A DNA stretch of 11,729 nucleotides from the sequence record MN496306.1, one strand, 5' to 3'. Under the pieces are notes generated by a model. The model was not told the origin of the DNA. It saw only the letters and a program-made list of their open reading frames with translations, and did no database searches. Within the stretch, counting starts at the first letter, position 1. Each line of letters opens with the position of its first letter. A program made the translations under genes and the position numbers. Below, piece by piece: positions 6,506 through 11,729 of the stretch.

Positions 6506-6676
6506 ATGAAAGTAGTGACGTTTAAGCTAGAAGATGACTTGTTAAGGATTTTAGACTTATACGCTATCAAGACGAAAACGACAAGAAGCGACGTAATTCG
6601 CCAAGCATTGATGTTGTTATTGAAGGATGAAATAAACAAAGCGAGAGCAAAAGTTGAAACAATCCCGCTGAGGTGA
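6506..6676 (+). CDS. aCcr1: RHH regulator of the aCcr1 clade (56 aa, MKVVTFKLEDDLLRILDLYAIKTKTTRSDVIRQALMLLLKDEINKARAKVETIPLR); not in the ORF track
   Basis: Hand translation; shares VVTFK, DLL..LD.YAIK, RS..IR.A and terminal AKVE.I.L with Sulfolobales aCcr1 as I recall it. Confidence 0.82.
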   Translation: MKVVTFKLEDDLLRILDLYAIKTKTTRSDVIRQALMLLLKDEINKARAKVETIPLR

Positions 6677-6680
6677 AACT

Positions 6681-6848
6681 ATGTATTACCAATGTATAAA
6701 GTGCGGACAGATTTTTCCCAAGAGAAAACAAATAAGGACCCATCTTAGAACACAGCACAAAGTTAATGAAATCGTAGTTGCTTTCTTCATCTCAGCTTTT
6801 CCCCACTTTGGGTCTACAGAAAAAGAAGGGTGGGAATATGATTTATGA
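6681..6848 (+). CDS. Single C2H2 zinc-finger protein, SSV1 A45-like (55 aa, MYYQCIKCGQIFPKRKQIRTHLRTQH...); not in the ORF track
   Basis: C-x2-C-x12-H-x4-H; SD GAGGTGA at 6670-6676. Confidence 0.85.
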   Translation: MYYQCIKCGQIFPKRKQIRTHLRTQHKVNEIVVAFFISAFPHFGSTEKEGWEYDL

Positions 6849-7155
6849 TATAATATTGTTTTGCATACTCGAGTTTCACGATTATTTTAGTACTGTCTTG
6901 GCACTAAGAAAAACCCCTCAAATGCAAGAGATAAACCCAATACTGCACCCCGTACTTTCTTCACCAATAAAATTTGCAATCTTCAAGTTCGGGGCTGTTA
7001 CGATTGTAGTCTTGTTGATTCTGATTTTTTGGGAGCTTAACCCAATAGTCTTTGGATACACATTACTTGGTTTAGAGTTGTTTGAAGGGGCTGTGGTTTG
7101 CAATAACTTATATTTTTTATATGTTGCCTCTAAAAGTCAGAAAGGGATGGTATGA
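6838..7155 (+). CDS. Small multi-pass membrane protein (105 aa from ATG 6838), DUF5658 / SSV1 C102-like
   Basis: D..ST..AL......E.NP motif and three hydrophobic segments; SD GGGTGGG at 6828-6834; the longer track start (6778) would overlap the zinc-finger gene. Confidence 0.75.
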   Translation: MIYDIILFCILEFHDYFSTVLALRKTPQMQEINPILHPVLSSPIKFAIFKFGAVTIVVLLILIFWELNPIVFGYTLLGLELFEGAVVCNNLYFLYVASKSQKGMV

Positions 7156-7556
7156 TGAGCACTCCAGATACTCCTAATAGAGAATCAGGCGCCAAAAGTA
7201 GCCTGATTGATAACCACCCAAAAATTTCGTTACATGTGACTCGCAAAGAATTGGAAACATACCATAAACTTGACAGAGACAAGAAAAGGCTGATTCGTTC
7301 AATAGTTAGAACGTTACTTCAACACCCGGAATTGCTAGATTACGCTGACTTCTGGCAAAAGTTTTTCGCAAGTAAGATTGTAAGCGAATATGTCTGCCCG
7401 TTGTGTTTGATGCCCTTTCCTACCAGATTTTCTCTCATACAGCATATCCGATATGACGAACACGAGACTGAGTGCAAACTTTGCAAGAAGAAGTTTGTGA
7501 ACACAGACGCGTTAATGGACCATATTTGCAAAAAACATAACATCTGCATTTCCTAG
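7152..7556 (+). CDS. b129: Double C2H2 zinc-finger DNA-binding protein, SSV1 B129 homologue (134 aa)
   Basis: VCPLCLMPF....L.QHIRY.EH..C..CKK.F..TD...DH.CKKHNIC.S. Confidence 0.95.
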   Translation: MMSTPDTPNRESGAKSSLIDNHPKISLHVTRKELETYHKLDRDKKRLIRSIVRTLLQHPELLDYADFWQKFFASKIVSEYVCPLCLMPFPTRFSLIQHIRYDEHETECKLCKKKFVNTDALMDHICKKHNICIS

Positions 7557-7560
7557 TTGG

Positions 7561-7595
7561 GCTCTTTATAAAATCATATTCTTTTTTGCCCATTA
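7561..7595 (+). promoter_or_regulatory. T4-like promoter plus oligo-T terminator cassette
   Basis: TTTATAAA at 7565-7572, TCTTTTTT at 7580-7587, ATG at 7596; near copy of 1-27. Confidence 0.8.
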
Positions 7596-9989
7596 ATGAA
7601 GTGGCTACTATTTTTACTGCTATTACTAGGAGTTATAACAATAGTAGGACCAACTGTTAATGCTATAGTGGCCCCACCCCCCGGCAGTGGCGGGGCTTAT
7701 GCTACAACATGCAACTTCACATTACCAGTTACCACATATACAAAAACATGTCAAGTAGTGCAGAATGGTTCTACTTTCGCTTCAGCTTCATGGCGTAACC
7801 CATCGTATGTTAGTGTGTATAATACATACTATCTGCAAATATTGCCGAATCAAGAATACATAAACAATAACGTACCACTAGCTCTTTCGGCATCAGTAAT
7901 CGCATTAAATGCTACTTTTCAATTAGCTAGCAGTAGTAACAGCGGAAGTTATGGTGGTGTGGCAATAGGATACGGAACGCTTATAAACCCCAACATGGGT
8001 AACTATGGGCCTCAACCCCCATATTATGCTACTGGAATTGTTGTGTGGTTAGAACACGGTGCAATGAGTACATATCATCTATTTGTATTTTACAATGGGC
8101 AGATGGTGCTGAATGCCAGTGTTGGGAGTGTTGCTATTGGTCAGAAATTAGGAATAGGTTTTTGGTACACGTTTGGTCAACCAATAAAGATATACTACTA
8201 TAATGGTTCTGTGTACACGTATAGCTTATCTATATATAATTCTATGGCGACAATAAACAGCTATTATATCATATCAGCTTCTAACGCTGGCCCGGGTTAT
8301 GGTTATGGGCAATGGGTCCTTTTAAACATACAGTATTTCCAGACGCAAACGATTACTTACACAGCTACATTTTCTTATTACGCAGTTCAGTTGTCCAATG
8401 GCGTTAATGCATTAGTAGCATACACTGACGCTTACAACCCAGTAAACATAACTTCTAATGCGTCATATGGTGTTATCGCAATAGTGAAAGAAGTAAACTA
8501 TAGTGTCAGTAATGCACAATACCCCGTTTCTTCACCATTCTCATTTCTTCCTAGCTCTAACGGCATATATATCATAGCTTATTCTTATCCCTTCCCCTCA
8601 ATAAACTCATACTATATCAACATCACATTTAACTTCCAATTCGTGACACCGCAACAAACAGTTTTCAAGAACGTCACAATTCCAGTGATTGTCTTTGCAT
8701 TTGCATTCGCATTTTCCTATGTTAAGTTGCCAAACTCTACCTATCTTCCCGGCCAAACTGTGACTTTGACATATTCTGCTAGTCCAAATTATCCGCCAAA
8801 CATGGGGTACATACCGATTTCACCGCCAACAGTCTCAATTAATGCACCCGGTGTTGTACAAGCAAATTACCCTGTTACATTCAAAATACCTAATGTAACA
8901 ACACCACAAGCATTTAGTTACACAATAACGGTGAGTGAAGGTTCTTTCGTTATAGCTACATATAATGGTATGCTGTATGTTATAGTGCCTAACAAACTTC
9001 CCGTTATTTTCGTTCAACCTTATCCCACTACAGTGACCCAAGGACAAACTCTCAAACTAACATTCCAATTTAGTTATGCCACACCTCTAGAGAACATAAG
9101 TACAAGTGTATTTCAAAAAGGGGCAAATTACTTGTATTTGCCCGCACAAATAGTATCTGCAAATGCGGTCATACAGTTCTACGCATCTTGGAGCAGTTCC
9201 AATGATGGCCTAATCATATTCACAAATACTGTGAATTACATTATCCCCTTCAATGGCACAAACGCACTCACTTTCACAAATAACAGTATAAACACGCTAA
9301 CAATTTCTGTGTCCAATGGGACAATCCTTATTTCAAATGGAGTCAACAAACTGCTACTACAGAACACCTCACCAATTATCGGAATAGGCTTTTACAACCC
9401 ATACCCAATTAACATTAAATGGGTATATTTGTTTGGGATTGTCACCCCTACTGCGACTGCGGGTCAATCATATGTGATTCTCATAGGGCAAAACCCATCA
9501 ACATTGCAACAATACACAACTGGTTACGTTAATCAGTCAGGGTGGGCTACCGTAAGCATACCGATTACACAGACACCATATGAGCTGATTGATATTGATT
9601 GGTATGGCGTGAAATACATCATATTGAATATATCAGTAACTCAACCTACAACTACAACAACACCTACTGTGAATACTTCAACTCTCACTTACAACTACAC
9701 CCAACCATTCAGCAATAGCATCCAACCAAATAGCACATTGTATAATTTTGCAAATGCCCAGCCATGGGCGACTGTGATTGGGATAATAGTGGTTGTTGTC
9801 ATAGCATTATTGGGATGGAAATTTGGAAGTCTAAGCGGTGCAATAGGCGGTGCGACAGCGGGCCTAATAATGACAGCTTATCTTGGTCTACTGCCATGGT
9901 ATCTATTCTACATCTTTGTTCTCGGAATTGCAATGCTTCTCGCAAAATTGATAGCAGATAAATTCATGAGTGGTGATTCAGATGACTGA
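7596..9989 (+). CDS. vp4: VP4 tail / receptor-binding glycoprotein, SSV1 C792 homologue (797 aa)
   Basis: Signal peptide; Asn/Thr/Ser/Tyr-rich beta-type body with many N-x-S/T sequons; Thr linker; C-terminal TM helices. Confidence 0.92.
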   Translation: MKWLLFLLLLLGVITIVGPTVNAIVAPPPGSGGAYATTCNFTLPVTTYTKTCQVVQNGSTFASASWRNPSYVSVYNTYYLQILPNQEYINNNVPLALSASVIALNATFQLASSSNSGSYGGVAIGYGTLINPNMGNYGPQPPYYATGIVVWLEHGAMSTYHLFVFYNGQMVLNASVGSVAIGQKLGIGFWYTFGQPIKIYYYNGSVYTYSLSIYNSMATINSYYIISASNAGPGYGYGQWVLLNIQYFQTQTITYTATFSYYAVQLSNGVNALVAYTDAYNPVNITSNASYGVIAIVKEVNYSVSNAQYPVSSPFSFLPSSNGIYIIAYSYPFPSINSYYINITFNFQFVTPQQTVFKNVTIPVIVFAFAFAFSYVKLPNSTYLPGQTVTLTYSASPNYPPNMGYIPISPPTVSINAPGVVQANYPVTFKIPNVTTPQAFSYTITVSEGSFVIATYNGMLYVIVPNKLPVIFVQPYPTTVTQGQTLKLTFQFSYATPLENISTSVFQKGANYLYLPAQIVSANAVIQFYASWSSSNDGLIIFTNTVNYIIPFNGTNALTFTNNSINTLTISVSNGTILISNGVNKLLLQNTSPIIGIGFYNPYPINIKWVYLFGIVTPTATAGQSYVILIGQNPSTLQQYTTGYVNQSGWATVSIPITQTPYELIDIDWYGVKYIILNISVTQPTTTTTPTVNTSTLTYNYTQPFSNSIQPNSTLYNFANAQPWATVIGIIVVVVIALLGWKFGSLSGAIGGATAGLIMTAYLGLLPWYLFYIFVLGIAMLLAKLIADKFMSGDSDD

Positions 9990-10221
9990 TGCAATTAGTT
10001 TGGCTTTGGGGACTGGCTTAGGACCAATAATAGCGATTGTTATCATTATAGCAATGATGGGATTGACATACAAGATGGCGGGGAAGATTAGTGCAATAAT
10101 AGTGGGGATAGGGGCTACATTTGCAATGATGTTTTTAGATTTCATTCCGGTATACTGGGGTGTTGCAATAATTTTCGCTATGATAGCGGGCATATTTGTG
10201 GGTGAAAGATATGGGAACTAA
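9982..10221 (+). CDS. b78: Membrane protein, SSV1 B78 homologue (79 aa from ATG 9982)
   Basis: MTDAISLAL.TGLGP...; SD GGTGA at 9972-9976; follows vp4. Confidence 0.88.
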   Translation: MTDAISLALGTGLGPIIAIVIIIAMMGLTYKMAGKISAIIVGIGATFAMMFLDFIPVYWGVAIIFAMIAGIFVGERYGN

Positions 10222-10681
10222 ATTAGTTGTCTATGTTCTATTAGTTGATGTATTGTTGGCACTGATGATAGGTGCGTTCAGTGGAATATCTCTGCCATCT
10301 ATTCCGCAAACGCCTAGCTATCAACAAGCTGTACAAACAATGAGCTCAATATCGATTAGTGTGGGGTGGCCCGCTATCACATTAATTCCTAGCTTTAGCA
10401 TCCTTGGGGCTACAGTCCCAGCGCTACAAATACCAGCTGTCACATTGTTCTCGTTTAATTTTGGATTCTTAGCACCACTTTATTTCGGCATTCTCGTGGT
10501 TGACTGGTTCTTTACTATCATTTTTGATGTAGTGTCATACATCGTGTCAGTAATCAGTGGCGGTGTCACAATCTTGGTATCTGTTCCGGTAATTGGTCCC
10601 TTTTTGACTGCCATTTTAGTGTTGTTAAACTTCATATTGCTGTGGGAACTACTGAAGCTCATTTTGGGCGTGAGACTATGA
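10211..10681 (+). CDS. c166: Membrane protein, SSV1 C166 homologue (156 aa from ATG 10211)
   Basis: Starts MGTKLVVYVLL; ends LNFILLWELLKLI; SD GGTGA at 10201-10205. Confidence 0.9.
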   Translation: MGTKLVVYVLLVDVLLALMIGAFSGISLPSIPQTPSYQQAVQTMSSISISVGWPAITLIPSFSILGATVPALQIPAVTLFSFNFGFLAPLYFGILVVDWFFTIIFDVVSYIVSVISGGVTILVSVPVIGPFLTAILVLLNFILLWELLKLILGVRL

Positions 10682-11001
10682 CTTACAATGCAAATGAAAT
10701 AAGGGCCAAGATATTGCGAAAGAAGATACTGCAGTTGATAGCAGAAAATTACGTTTTGTCTGCCTCGCTGATATCGCACACATTATTATTAAGTTATGCT
10801 ACGGTCCTAAGGCATCTGCGAATCCTTCAAACCGAAGGATACATTGAACTACACAAAGAAGGGCGTACATTATATGCAAAAATTAAACAGAACAGTGAAC
10901 AAATTCAGATTCTGAATTCAGAACTAGGGCTTTTTAAAAAGCCTCAATCCCTGGTAGACTTGAAGAAAAATGAGGTTCGGAAAAAAGTTAGCAAAGGCTG
11001 A
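10678..11001 (+). CDS. b115: Winged-HTH regulator, SSV1 B115 homologue (107 aa from ATG 10678)
   Basis: LSASLISHTLLLSYATVLRHLRIL...GYIEL.K.GRTLYAKI; ATGA coupling to c166. Confidence 0.9.
   Translation: MTYNANEIRAKILRKKILQLIAENYVLSASLISHTLLLSYATVLRHLRILQTEGYIELHKEGRTLYAKIKQNSEQIQILNSELGLFKKPQSLVDLKKNEVRKKVSKG
10928..10943 (+). promoter_or_regulatory. Putative vp1 (T1/T2-like) promoter TATA embedded in b115, within a 16-bp palindrome
   Basis: GGCTTTTTAAAAAGCC about 30-40 nt upstream of the vp1 ATG. Confidence 0.6.
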
Positions 11002-11221
11002 AGGAGCAAATATCGGAACTTTGCTAGGGCTCTTCATATTTATTCTCGTAGGGATTGTGTTACTGCCGATAATAACATCCCAAGTAAATACCTTGACTGG
11101 CGGAACTAACCCACAAGTCACCGGGACAAACGCCACATTGCTAAATCTAGTCCCATTGTTCTACATCTTAGTGCTCTTGATAGTCCCCGCAGTTATCGCA
11201 TACAAAATCTATCGCCAGTGA
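10970..11221 (+). CDS. vp1: Major capsid protein VP1 precursor (83 aa; predicted mature form 73 aa from E11)
   Basis: EGANIGTLLGLFIFIL...QVTGTNATLLNLVPLFYILVL.IVPAV.AYKIY matches mature SSV VP1; NAT sequon. Confidence 0.96.
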   Translation: MRFGKKLAKAEGANIGTLLGLFIFILVGIVLLPIITSQVNTLTGGTNPQVTGTNATLLNLVPLFYILVLLIVPAVIAYKIYRQ

Positions 11222-11234
11222 AAGGTGATAATGG

Positions 11235-11501
11235 ATGGAGGTAAATCTAAAGCAAATTCTTTTTTTGTTTTTGTTTATCGTCATTGGAGTGGTGCTGTTA
11301 AGCCCTATCATGTCATATGTAACGACTCTAACAACTCCATATTTTACGACCGTTAGCGGAACTGTGACTTCAACTATTTCAAATTCGCAGTATGTAGGGC
11401 CAACTAACGCCACTCTCATATCATTAGTACCGATATTCTACATCTTGATACTCTTGGTCGTTCCCGCGGTCCTCGCGTATAAGATGTGGAGGGATGAGTA
11501 G
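11235..11501 (+). CDS. vp3: Minor capsid protein VP3 (88 aa), VP1 paralogue
   Basis: Two hydrophobic helices; [21 protein letters not shown]; SD AGGTGA. Confidence 0.95.
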   Translation: MEVNLKQILFLFLFIVIGVVLLSPIMSYVTTLTTPYFTTVSGTVTSTISNSQYVGPTNATLISLVPIFYILILLVVPAVLAYKMWRDE

Positions 11502-11729
11502 ATGGTAGAAAAATGGATTCAAAAAGCGATAAAGAGGAAAGGCAGAGTGCACAGATATTTAATGCGACTTTACGGAAAACGCGCTTTCAAGAAGAATGGT
11601 GACATTAAAATTGAGTACATTAATAAAGCAATAAAGCATGTGAAAAGAAGCAAACTTAGTAAGGAAGAGAAAAGAAGCTTATTATCTGCACTTTATCTGG
11701 CAAAGCGCCTTAAGAAGATGCACAAATAG
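11502..11729 (+). CDS. vp2: Basic DNA-binding virion protein VP2 (75 aa)
   Basis: KW.QKAIKR.GRVHRYLMRLYGKRAF.K.GDIK...KRSLLSAL.LAKRLK.MH matches SSV1 VP2. Confidence 0.95.
   Translation: MVEKWIQKAIKRKGRVHRYLMRLYGKRAFKKNGDIKIEYINKAIKHVKRSKLSKEEKRSLLSALYLAKRLKKMHK

Noticed and set aside
4065-6758. ORFs 4065-4262, 4296-4628, 5248-5511, 5527-5844, 5919-6143, 6343-6639, 6567-6758
   Set aside because: Antisense to, or out of frame with, better-supported genes (including b49 and the two RHHs), or running through promoter and origin repeats.
9961-9995. Programmed frameshift fusing VP4 and B78
   Set aside because: The 8-nt overlap has its own SD (GGTGA) and ATG and no slippery sequence; ordinary translational coupling suffices.
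6918-11419. ORFs 6918-7103, 7340-7549, 8835-9047, 9764-9961, 9978-10193, 10480-10779, 10924-11136, 11168-11419
   Set aside because: Shadow or alternative-frame ORFs over conserved genes, with no independent support.

Overview
This window looks like the complete, or essentially complete, circular genome (~11.7 kb) of a compact fusellovirus (Sulfolobus spindle-shaped virus, SSV1-like) infecting Sulfolobales. It is linearised just after the vp2 stop codon. Gene order follows SSV1: a82, a92/c84, b277, a154, b251 ATPase (+); integrase with internal attP (3' half of tRNA-Arg CCG), d244-like nuclease, d63, a 151-aa ORF and f112 wHTH (-); a central control region; a100, an RHH gene, an a45-like zinc finger, a membrane protein and b129 (+); then the virion block vp4, b78, c166, b115, vp1, vp3, vp2. 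Four probable genes are missing from the ORF track because they are under 60 aa: b49 (5474-5620), an F55-position RHH repressor (5909-6073, -), an aCcr1-like cell-cycle RHH (6506-6676) and an A45-like C2H2 protein (6681-6848). Main points of interest: (1) a viral aCcr1 homologue with candidate boxes upstream of int; (2) an SSV1-type induction switch with a different 11-bp operator; (3) a structured 270-bp region upstream of int containing a 12-nt CRISPR-repeat 3' end inside a hairpin, a palindromic repeat array and a hidden hydrophobic reading frame; (4) a probable CTG start for a154; (5) absence of the a291/c124 locus. Homologies come from my recollection of SSV1 and Sulfolobus sequences, not from database searches.
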